Made by a program: the position numbers and the translations under genes
In this document: positions 1 to 8,466 of the stretch, piece by piece
Layout: every line of letters starts with the position of its first letter
Position numbering within the stretch: the first letter of the stretch is position 1
Source: Cyclobacterium sp.
Lineage (GTDB): Bacteria > Bacteroidota > Bacteroidia > Cytophagales > Cyclobacteriaceae
Direction of reading: 5' to 3'
Length of the DNA: 64,000 nt
Assembly: GCF_014762705.1 (NCBI RefSeq)
Contig: NZ_JABURL010000049.1
Span: 621-64,620 of the forward strand
The notes under the pieces: generated by a model
Databases searched by the model: none
Told to the model about the DNA's origin: nothing
The model's input: only the letters and a program-made list of their open reading frames with translations

Positions 1-1
1 A

Positions 2-655
2 TTATTTACATTCAATACCCCTGATTCGGGGTTAAAGTTGTTAAAGGGAATAAGTGTACCTCATGGTAAAATCAGGTTTGAGGGGACAAAACTCCAATAT
101 TCAGGACCAATCCTCATTACCCATTGGGGGATTTCCGGTCCGGCCGTCCTGAAACTTTCCGCTTTTGGAGCCGATTGGCTGTATGACCATCAATATAAAG
201 CTAAGGTATTAATCAATTGGGATGAAAGCTTTACCGAGTTCGGATTAAAAACAGCATTAAATGCCTTTAAGCAGGCCCACCCAAAAAAAAATATCCTAAA
301 AAATGCACTTTTTGACTTGCCAGCAAGGTTATGGCAATATTTAGTCGCTCATGCCGCTATTGAGGACAATTTGATTTGGGGAGAAATAAGCAAAAAAAAA
401 ATCAATAAATTGATAGAAAACCTATTCAACTTTTCATTAATAATCTCAGGAAAAACTACCTTTAAGGAAGAATTTGTCACCGCGGGGGGAGTGGATCTCC
501 AGCAAATCGATTCCAACACCATGGAAAGCAAGTTGATACCAGGATTGTTTTTTGCAGGAGAGGTAATTGACGTGGATGGGATAACCGGAGGATATAATTT
601 TCAGGCAGCCTGGAGTACCGGATTTCTGGCTGGGAAATCTTCAACTAAATTATAA
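2..655 (+). CDS. HI0933/BaiN-like NAD(P)/FAD-dependent oxidoreductase, C-terminal part (5' end outside window)
   Basis: The frame is open from the window edge; the track ORF at 38 is only an internal start. The C-terminal GLFFAGEVIDVDGITGGYNFQAAWSTG tail is typical of HI0933-like flavoproteins. Confidence 0.7.
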   Translation, partial: LFTFNTPDSGLKLLKGISVPHGKIRFEGTKLQYSGPILITHWGISGPAVLKLSAFGADWLYDHQYKAKVLINWDESFTEFGLKTALNAFKQAHPKKNILKNALFDLPARLWQYLVAHAAIEDNLIWGEISKKKINKLIENLFNFSLIISGKTTFKEEFVTAGGVDLQQIDSNTMESKLIPGLFFAGEVIDVDGITGGYNFQAAWSTGFLAGKSSTKL

Positions 656-657
656 TT

Positions 658-1005
658 ATGGAGAAAAAGTATAAAAATATTGATTTCAAAAAAATTGAAG
701 AAATGGTAGAAGATGATGTGGTTTTTAGAAATCAATTGTTAGATGCCATTCATGTTGCAGTTGAAGAACTCCAGACTACCTATATCAGAGGAATAGAAGA
801 GGAGAGCCTACCAACGATCAAACAGGCAAGACACAAAATCAAACCTACCCTGGGTCTGTTTGATTTGGAAAAATTAGCCATTATCATAGGGAATGGAAAG
901 CGGTTAATGTTGGAAAAAGGTTTTGCTGATGGCATTGAGGCGCATAAGAATGAATTCCTTGAAGCAACAAATGATGTCCTGGAGGAAGTGAAGGCATACA
1001 GGTAG
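658..1005 (+). CDS. small Hpt-like (histidine phosphotransfer) domain protein
   Basis: 115-aa helical protein. The QARHKIKPTLGLFDL segment resembles the Hpt H-box (HxLKGsa..lG). It starts 3 nt after the upstream stop and lies upstream of an orphan receiver gene. Confidence 0.4.
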   Translation: MEKKYKNIDFKKIEEMVEDDVVFRNQLLDAIHVAVEELQTTYIRGIEEESLPTIKQARHKIKPTLGLFDLEKLAIIIGNGKRLMLEKGFADGIEAHKNEFLEATNDVLEEVKAYR

Positions 1006-1092
1006 TAGTTGCTTAAAACCTTTTTGTCCAAATACGGTTTGAATTTTTGTTATATTGAGCGGATAACAGCCAATGATTTTATTAATATGTAG

Positions 1093-1120
1093 TTGAAGTG
1101 AAAGGGATGTAATATCTTTG
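1093..1120 (+). promoter_or_regulatory. candidate Bacteroidota sigma-A promoter (-33 TTG / -7 TAnnTTTG)
   Basis: TATCTTTG at 1113-1120 matches the TAnnTTTG -7 consensus. A TTG at 1093-1095 lies 17 nt upstream of it, and the motif is about 80 nt upstream of the 1200 start. Confidence 0.35.
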
Positions 1121-1199
1121 CGGGATTGGGGTAAAGTTAATCTTTAAAAGAAAAACATACCTTAATTAATCCAATAAACGAAAACGTTCTGGTCCACAC

Positions 1200-1616
1200 A
1201 TGTGCATAAATCTGGTAGTAGTGGATGATAGTGATGTTGATATTTTAATTATCGAAGACGCTATCTCCGATATTTCATACCCTATTAAATTTAAGAGCTT
1301 TTCTCATCCCGAGAAATTTTTGAATTATATTGAAGGAATCAATCCGGAAATTTTTCAAATGGAAAAATTCATTATTATTTCTGATATCAACATGCCCAAA
1401 ATCAACGGGTTTGAAATGCTGGAGCGAATCAGGGCAAACGCACAACTGGCCTTGGTTCCAATTATCATGTTTTCCTCAAGTTCCAGTAATAGTGATGCCT
1501 TCAAATCTGTGTCATTGGGTGCCAATGCTTATCTGACAAAACCCCTTCAGATTGATGCCTATCAGCGACTGATCTGTACCACTATTGAGTTTTGGAAGAA
1601 TCATCATCATTCCTGA
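1200..1616 (+). CDS. single-domain response regulator (CheY-like receiver)
   Basis: VVVDDSDVD acidic pocket, ISDINMP phospho-acceptor Asp, PIIMFSSS and the YLTKP Lys motif. There is no output domain. Confidence 0.8.
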   Translation: MCINLVVVDDSDVDILIIEDAISDISYPIKFKSFSHPEKFLNYIEGINPEIFQMEKFIIISDINMPKINGFEMLERIRANAQLALVPIIMFSSSSSNSDAFKSVSLGANAYLTKPLQIDAYQRLICTTIEFWKNHHHS

Positions 1617-1627
1617 TGCATTTTATT

Positions 1628-2827
1628 TTACAATTTGGCCAAAGCAAGTTCAGTCACTTTATCTGCGATAGAAAGAGCACTGGTGGCTGCTGGAGAAGGT
1701 GCATTGATCACATGAACGGCTTGGATCGTCTCATGTATCGCAAAATCATCCAAAAGCCCTCCGTTCTTATCGCATGCTTGCGCCCTCACACCAGCACCAC
1801 CACTTTCCAGATCACTTTCCTGGATATCGGGTATCAATTGCTGAAGTGCCGCAGTAAAGGCCTTTTTTGAAAACGATCTTTTGTATTCTCCCAAACCCGT
1901 TTTCCAATACTTTCCCGCCACTTTTTGTAGCCCGGGCCAGGTAATGGCTTCCAAAAATTCCTTCAGGTTAAAATCGCTTTTGCGGTAACCTTCTTTTTTA
2001 AAAGCAAGTACAGCATTGGGGCCGGCTTCTACTCCGCCTTTCATCATTCGGGTGAAATGCACCCCTAAAAAGGGGAAATTTGGGTCTGGAACAGGATAAA
2101 TCAAGTTCTTTACGAGGTACTGCCTTTCTTTTTTGATTTTGTAATACTCCCCCCTGAAAGGAATGATCCTTATGGGCAAGGTCGTTTTTTCGTGGAGTTC
2201 GGCAATTTTATCAGCATATAAACCGGCACAATTGATCAGCACTTTGGTAGTCAACTCATTACTTGAAGTTTTAATAACGATTTTATTTTTTAAATTACTT
2301 ATATTCAGTACTTTATGACCAAGAAGTATCTTTCCATCCAGTGCCTGGAACTCTTTCCCATAGCTAAGGGCAACCGCTTTGTAATCTACAATTCCTGTTT
2401 GAGGCACATGCAATGCACCGAGTCCATTACAATAAGGTTCCAAATCCCTTAACTCATCCATGGTTATGGATTTTATGCCAGCCAGACCATTTTGCAAGCC
2501 CCTGTCCATTAAAAATTTTAACTGAGGCAACTGCTCCTTTTCAGTTGCAACCACCACCTTGCCGGTTATTTCAAATGGAATATCATGTGTTTTGCAATAT
2601 TGTACCAGCTGTCGGTAACCGTCAATGCAATTTCTGGCTTTATGACTTCCGGGCTTGTAATACAAGCCCGAATGGATCACTCCACTATTGTTTCCGGTTT
2701 GATGCCTGGCCAGGGCATCCTCTTTTTCAAGAATAGCTACTTTTAAATCAGGTTTCTGGATTTTTATTTTTAATCCTGTTGCGAGTCCAACAATGCCTCC
2801 ACCTATAATGGTAATATCGTATTGCAT
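1628..2827 (-). CDS. lhgO: L-2-hydroxyglutarate oxidase (FAD-dependent)
   Basis: N-terminal YDITIIGGGIVGLATG dinucleotide fold. The 399-aa length and overall sequence are typical of LhgO/YgaF. Confidence 0.8.
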   Translation of the reverse strand: MQYDITIIGGGIVGLATGLKIKIQKPDLKVAILEKEDALARHQTGNNSGVIHSGLYYKPGSHKARNCIDGYRQLVQYCKTHDIPFEITGKVVVATEKEQLPQLKFLMDRGLQNGLAGIKSITMDELRDLEPYCNGLGALHVPQTGIVDYKAVALSYGKEFQALDGKILLGHKVLNISNLKNKIVIKTSSNELTTKVLINCAGLYADKIAELHEKTTLPIRIIPFRGEYYKIKKERQYLVKNLIYPVPDPNFPFLGVHFTRMMKGGVEAGPNAVLAFKKEGYRKSDFNLKEFLEAITWPGLQKVAGKYWKTGLGEYKRSFSKKAFTAALQQLIPDIQESDLESGGAGVRAQACDKNGGLLDDFAIHETIQAVHVINAPSPAATSALSIADKVTELALAKL

Positions 2828-2933
2828 ATTTTTTGAATCTATAATGGCAAATATAAAGGGTAGGAAGGTAACTTCTTTATAGTTTTATCCACTAAATATT
2901 TGTATAGGCTTTAAGTCACCTTCATCCAGGCAC

Positions 2934-3626
2934 TTACCAAAGCTCGTCTTCCTGAGATGAATCCGAATCTTCCTTGAAGTAGGCGGCAAAATGAGCTTTC
3001 TCACTTTCTTCAACTTTAATTGCTGATAAATGAATTAACCTATTGATTTCTAATAGTTTATCATAGGTTGGTTGTTGGATATGGAAAGGGATTTTGTACA
3101 GCAGGTTCTTGTTTTTTTGCAAGTCGGAATCTGGTTTAAAGAGAAAGGGCCATAAGGTTTTTGAACAGGAATAACCAATAAAATCGACATGATAGTTGTT
3201 CAGATAGGATGATATCCTATCATTGATCTGGTTGAAAAAGCTTTCGGATTCTCCCAGCCTTACCCTGGATCCTGCCCTGGATTTACCCTTGGTTTTCAGG
3301 TATTTTATTTGACTTTTACCCTGTTTTTTTCTGACCATATAGGCTCTGAAAACTTTGTGGGAAATATTGATGCCATTTTCAAAATATCCCACTGCGGCCA
3401 TCCCGGCTCTCACCATGCACAAGATGTGATTTTTTTCTTCAAATTTTAATTGGCCTGTCTCAGGTGTATATTCTGCTGAGACAGGAAGCCTCAACTCGGC
3501 AATTCTTGCTTCTTTTAAAATGATGCGGATTTTATGTTTTGCCTCATCATATTCCAGAAACATACCCTTTTCCCCGGCCCATTCCAAAAAGTGCGCTATG
3601 TCTTCGGCTTTGCTCAGTGAGTACAT
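2934..3626 (-). CDS. Vms1/ANKZF1-type VLRF1-like (aeRF1-fold) putative peptidyl-tRNA hydrolase
   Basis: VRAGMAAVGYF...FRAYMVRKKQGKSQIKYL matches the VLRF1 signature (Y.VR.K.GgSQ with a catalytic Gln loop). It is 230 aa with no signal peptide. Confidence 0.45.
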   Translation of the reverse strand: MYSLSKAEDIAHFLEWAGEKGMFLEYDEAKHKIRIILKEARIAELRLPVSAEYTPETGQLKFEEKNHILCMVRAGMAAVGYFENGINISHKVFRAYMVRKKQGKSQIKYLKTKGKSRAGSRVRLGESESFFNQINDRISSYLNNYHVDFIGYSCSKTLWPFLFKPDSDLQKNKNLLYKIPFHIQQPTYDKLLEINRLIHLSAIKVEESEKAHFAAYFKEDSDSSQEDELW

Positions 3627-3803
3627 GCTTGTATTAAAGTTGAAATTGTCATGAAATTGTTTTGCTTATTGAGAGTATCAAATCCGGGGCATCCGGGAAA
3701 ACTAATCAAAATTAAAGTTAATAGGATCGTTTGATGCTGATGATCCTAAATTTTCATTTTTCAACAAATTTGGTACATTTAAGCAACCAATTTATAAAAA
3801 CCC

Positions 3804-4997
3804 ATGAATATTGCTATGCTTGGATCCGGGTTTATTGCCCGATTTTATGCGGATACCCTACATGCTCAAAGAAGGAGGGATCAAATCACCGCTGTATATT
3901 CCAGAAATGAAACTAATGCGAAAAGATTTGCCTCAAATTATGGATTGAAGGCATACAGCACCGATATGGGACAAGTCATCAAAGATGAAAGTATTGATGC
4001 TGTGATCATTGCCCTGCCCAACCACCTGCACGAAGAAGCTGTGATGGCCTGCGCCAAATATGGTAAAGCAGTTTTGTGTACCAAACCGCTTGGTAGAAAT
4101 GCCAGCGAAGCCAAGCGCATGTTGGATGCTGTTGAACAAGCGGGGGTTTTTGCAGGATACCTGGAGGATCTTTGCTATACCCCCAAGTTTCTGAAATCTG
4201 TTGATAGCGTACAGGCAGGCAGTTTGGGAAGGATATTGTGGACCAAATCAAGGGAAGCCCATCCCGGCCCTCACAGTGATTGGTTTTGGGACAAAGACCT
4301 TTCAGGCGGGGGAGCCATCATTGACCTGGGCTGTCATTGTGTGGAAATCGGAAGAAACTTTATCGGCAAATCCGTTCGACCTGTGGAAGTCATGTGTTGG
4401 GCTGATACCCAGGTACACCCTATTGAAGCAGAAGACCATGCTATCGGACTAGTGAGGTATGAAAATGGTGCCATTGGTCAATTTGAAGTCAGTTGGACTT
4501 TTCGCGGGGGCATGGATTTGAGGGATGAAGTCATGGGAACAGAGGGTACTATTTGGCTGAACAGCTTTTTGAGAACAGGTTTTGACATGTTTACTACGGG
4601 AAAAGGGGGGAAATATGTAGCAGAAAAAGCTGAGTCTGATTCCGGATGGTTATTTCCTGTGGGAGATGAAGCCCATGAACTGGGCTACCCCCACATGTTT
4701 ACGGATATGTTTGATGCCATGGAGCAGGGCAGAGCACCCCTGGAAACTTTTTATGACGGATATGTGGTGAATGCCATACTGGATGCTGCGCTTTTGTCGG
4801 CAAAAACCAAAAATTGGGAAAAAGTTATTTTGGAAGACTGGAGAGGAAAATCGGATTCCCTGCATGAAAAATCCTATGTTTCCTACGATGAAAAGTACTT
4901 CCTGATAAAAAAGGAGCTTTTGCCAAATGGTGACGAGAAATTAATACTAAAAGACAAAATAACGGGTGAAGTTAAGCAGGAAACGAAAAGAAATTAA
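3804..4997 (+). CDS. Gfo/Idh/MocA family oxidoreductase
   Basis: N-terminal Rossmann motif [11 protein letters not shown], an EKP-like CTKPL motif, and a typical C-terminal alpha/beta dimerisation region. Confidence 0.8.
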   Translation: MNIAMLGSGFIARFYADTLHAQRRRDQITAVYSRNETNAKRFASNYGLKAYSTDMGQVIKDESIDAVIIALPNHLHEEAVMACAKYGKAVLCTKPLGRNASEAKRMLDAVEQAGVFAGYLEDLCYTPKFLKSVDSVQAGSLGRILWTKSREAHPGPHSDWFWDKDLSGGGAIIDLGCHCVEIGRNFIGKSVRPVEVMCWADTQVHPIEAEDHAIGLVRYENGAIGQFEVSWTFRGGMDLRDEVMGTEGTIWLNSFLRTGFDMFTTGKGGKYVAEKAESDSGWLFPVGDEAHELGYPHMFTDMFDAMEQGRAPLETFYDGYVVNAILDAALLSAKTKNWEKVILEDWRGKSDSLHEKSYVSYDEKYFLIKKELLPNGDEKLILKDKITGEVKQETKRN

Positions 4998-5141
4998 CCA
5001 TTGATACCTAAATGTGACAATCAATATAATTTACCCTGTTTTTCCGGAAAATTGTAGAAATAAAAGGCTACAATAGGATTATTTACCTTAATATTGCCCT
5101 TCAAAATTAATTGTTTTAAAGGAAAATATTGGGTTTGCGGT

Positions 5142-7352
5142 ATGGTTTGGAGTTTTACAGCAGGAGATTTTAGAGTCAGACAGTTCTGTTTGTTGCTTTT
5201 TGCGGTGATTTTGTCAGCCCCTGTTTTGGGTCAGAAAATCAATGATGCATACAGGTTACACATAAAACGGGCCAGTTCTCCGGTAGTCATTGATGGGAAG
5301 GTGGATGAAAAGGCCTGGAAAGATGCTGAAGTGGCCAGTGATTTTTACATGATCCTGCCCATGGATACCAGTTTTTCCCAGGTGGATACGGACGTCATGA
5401 TGACCTACGATGATGAACGGCTGTATTTGCTGGTGATCAACCACCATGCCGTCCCCGGACCCTATTACGTAGAGTCATTGCGTCGTGATTTTTCTTTCGG
5501 AAAAAATGATAATTTCCTCTTGTTCATGGACACCTTTGATGACCAGACCAACGGCTTTTCGTTTGGGGCAAACGCTGCCGGCGCCCAATGGGATGGTATC
5601 ATGTATGAAGGGGGAAAGGTGGATTTAAGCTGGGACAATAAATGGGTATCCAAGGTTCAGAATTATGATGACAGGTGGGTTTTTGAGGCCGCCATACCCT
5701 TCAAATCCATCAGGTACAAAAAAGGTATCAAAGAATGGGGGATCAACTTCAGCAGACTAGATCTGAAAACCACCGAGAAGTCTTCCTGGGCTCCTGTTCC
5801 AAGGCAGTTTCCTTCGGCATCCCTTGCCTACACGGGTATCCTTGTTTGGGATGAGGCACCTCCGGAAGCTGGTATGAATGTGTCCATTATCCCTTATGTG
5901 ATGGGGGGTAGTGTAAAAAACAATGAAGGTGGAATACCGACCGAATACCAGAACAGGGTAGGAGTAGATGCTAAAATTGCCGTGAGTTCTTCTTTAAATC
6001 TGGACCTCACAGTTAACCCTGATTTTTCACAGGTAGAAGTGGACCGGCAAATCACCAATCTGGATCGCTTTGAATTGTTTTTCCCCGAACGCAGACAGTT
6101 TTTTCTGGAAAACGGCGACCTTTTCGCCAATTTTGGCTATGAAACCATCAGACCTTTCTTTTCGAGGCGGATTGGTTTAAATGCTCCAATACAGTTTGGT
6201 GCCAGGCTAAGCGGCAAAATCAACCGCGATTGGCGTATTGGTGCCATGAACATGCAGACGGGACAAGTAGAAGAAACGGCAACCCCCGCACAAAATTTCA
6301 CGGTTATGTCAGCTCAAAGAAGAGTAGGACAACGCTCCAATATTGCTGCAATTTTTGTCAACAAAGCCAATTCAAGCCAGATTCCCGGCACCAACGGAAC
6401 AGACACGGAACCTGTTCCTGCTTACAATAGAAATATTGGATTGGAATACAACCTGGCCTCATCGAATAACCTTTGGACGGGAAAAGCACTATTCCTAAAA
6501 TCTTTTAGTCCGGTGGAATCAGGAGAGAGCATGGTTCATGCCGCCAATCTGAGGTATTCCAGTGGTAACCTGACCTGGGAGTGGAAACACGAATATGTAT
6601 CCCCGAATTATACTGCAGAAGTGGGTTATGTGCCCCGAAACGGTTATTACAGGATCAACCCCAACATGGCCTATCTCTTTTTCCCAAATAGTAAGAAGAT
6701 TCTCCGACATGGCCCCACTTTCAATACTTCCTTGTTTTATAATATGGATAGGGAGCAAACGGATAATATTACAGAACTGGGTTACACGATTAGGTTCAGA
6801 AGCCAAAGTAATCTGACTGCGAAATATACCTACAACAGGATATTGTTGCAACAGGCATTTGATCCCACCAACTTTAGCGGGGATACATTGGCGGCTTTTA
6901 CTGACCACACCTGGAATGCCATAGGTATGGAATACGTGTCCAAACCCCAAAGTCTCTTTACCTATACTGTCTCTTCCCAATACGGGGGATATTTTGCTCA
7001 GGGCGAAAGGTTTAATGTTTCCGGTGAGCTTGGTTACAGGTTTCAGCCATACGTAGGGCTTTCCATGACAGGGAATTATAACCAGATTGATTTGCCGGAG
7101 CCCTGGGGGAATACCAGATTTTGGCTGGTTGGTCCCAGGGTAGATGTAACCTTTACCAATACCTTGTTTTTCACAGCCTTTGCGCAGTATAATGAGCAGA
7201 TAGATAATATCAACTTAAATACAAGGTTTCAATGGCGGTTTAAGCCTGCTTCTGACCTCTACCTTGTATTCACGGATAATTACCTTCCAGCCCCGTTTTA
7301 TGTGAAAAACAGAACATTGGCCTTGAAATTTACTTACTGGTGGACCTTGTGA
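5142..7352 (+). CDS. CBM9-like / DUF5916 domain outer-membrane-associated protein
   Basis: Signal peptide (LLLFAVILSAPVLGQ), then a CBM9-like block (VIDGKVDEKAWKDA..DFYM) and a long beta-rich C-terminus. I prefer the ATG at 5142 over the TTG at 5094. Confidence 0.6.
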   Translation: MVWSFTAGDFRVRQFCLLLFAVILSAPVLGQKINDAYRLHIKRASSPVVIDGKVDEKAWKDAEVASDFYMILPMDTSFSQVDTDVMMTYDDERLYLLVINHHAVPGPYYVESLRRDFSFGKNDNFLLFMDTFDDQTNGFSFGANAAGAQWDGIMYEGGKVDLSWDNKWVSKVQNYDDRWVFEAAIPFKSIRYKKGIKEWGINFSRLDLKTTEKSSWAPVPRQFPSASLAYTGILVWDEAPPEAGMNVSIIPYVMGGSVKNNEGGIPTEYQNRVGVDAKIAVSSSLNLDLTVNPDFSQVEVDRQITNLDRFELFFPERRQFFLENGDLFANFGYETIRPFFSRRIGLNAPIQFGARLSGKINRDWRIGAMNMQTGQVEETATPAQNFTVMSAQRRVGQRSNIAAIFVNKANSSQIPGTNGTDTEPVPAYNRNIGLEYNLASSNNLWTGKALFLKSFSPVESGESMVHAANLRYSSGNLTWEWKHEYVSPNYTAEVGYVPRNGYYRINPNMAYLFFPNSKKILRHGPTFNTSLFYNMDREQTDNITELGYTIRFRSQSNLTAKYTYNRILLQQAFDPTNFSGDTLAAFTDHTWNAIGMEYVSKPQSLFTYTVSSQYGGYFAQGERFNVSGELGYRFQPYVGLSMTGNYNQIDLPEPWGNTRFWLVGPRVDVTFTNTLFFTAFAQYNEQIDNINLNTRFQWRFKPASDLYLVFTDNYLPAPFYVKNRTLALKFTYWWTL

Positions 7353-7362
7353 TAAAAGATGC

Positions 7363-8307
7363 CTACCAGGGATCCAATCCAAGCAGTTTTCGACCTAAAG
7401 GACTGAGGATGGCCGTTTTGTATTTTGTTTGTTCCCAGTTTCTGGGATCACCGGGAAAGGCGTAACCATCGGGGGCTACCCTGTTTTTCCAGGAAGATAT
7501 GCGCCAATCTCTCAGCTCCTGGTTTTCATTTTCTGCCGGCATCATCGAAATGTATTGGGCCATTCTGACCTTGTCGCGGCTGATATTAGGCCGGATACCG
7601 TGAGGTAATTTACTGTTAAAAATCAAAAGATCTCCCTCGTCCAGCTTTACCTTGGTCAATTCAAATCCGCTGATATCAGGTTTGAACCTGTCCCTGTCTG
7701 CCGGCTGGCTCTTTTTCCAGGTTTCATAATTCCGGTATAATTCCGGGATGCACTGAAATCCCCCGACATTCGGGTCGGTCTGTTCATTCAACGCTACCAA
7801 TCCCTGTACGTTCTGGGGATTTGTTTCAGGATCATAATCCCAGTGAATAAAGCCTTTGAATTCAAAATCAGGCCTGGCTGGCAGATTAAGATTGGCCCTG
7901 TCAATGGTCACCCAAAGCTCATCTATGCCCCATATATCCGTAAAAGTTTCATACACTTTTGGATATTGACGTATATCCCACAGGTACTGGTGATTGTAAA
8001 TTTCCACCATACCACTGTTGGTCAGTTCCTTCATTTTCATTTCAGGCTTGTCTTCCCCATACCAGGTTTCAGGATCCTTTGGGTTTTTCTCTTCAAATTC
8101 CCATAAGAGTTTGCTTAAACGGGTGGTTAAAGCTTTAGGTACTGCATTTTTTATAATTACATACCCATTGTCCACCCAAAAATCCCAATCATTTTCGGTC
8201 AATACTTTTAACGGTCGACCATTACTCCGGTCATTTAAAAACACCTTGCTCGATGTGGCAGTTGAGGGGTTGCCAGGAATATCTTTGTGGTTTTTGTTAA
8301 TAGCCAT
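7363..8307 (-). CDS. phytanoyl-CoA dioxygenase (PhyH) family Fe(II)/2-oxoglutarate oxygenase
   Basis: IHWDYD (HxD) and a distal LPHGIRPN His are consistent with the PhyH facial triad. Length is 314 aa. Confidence 0.65.
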   Translation of the reverse strand: MAINKNHKDIPGNPSTATSSKVFLNDRSNGRPLKVLTENDWDFWVDNGYVIIKNAVPKALTTRLSKLLWEFEEKNPKDPETWYGEDKPEMKMKELTNSGMVEIYNHQYLWDIRQYPKVYETFTDIWGIDELWVTIDRANLNLPARPDFEFKGFIHWDYDPETNPQNVQGLVALNEQTDPNVGGFQCIPELYRNYETWKKSQPADRDRFKPDISGFELTKVKLDEGDLLIFNSKLPHGIRPNISRDKVRMAQYISMMPAENENQELRDWRISSWKNRVAPDGYAFPGDPRNWEQTKYKTAILSPLGRKLLGLDPW

Positions 8308-8466
8308 GGTAAAATTTTTATCTTACAAGCAAAATATAGCATTAAAAATTTAATATTACAAAATCCTAAATTCTTAAGATTTTGCTGTTTAATCAATTTG
8401 ATCTGCTTATATTTCCATTAATGTAAATTAGTTTCAGGATCGTTTTTACATTGATTAGCTTGAAAC

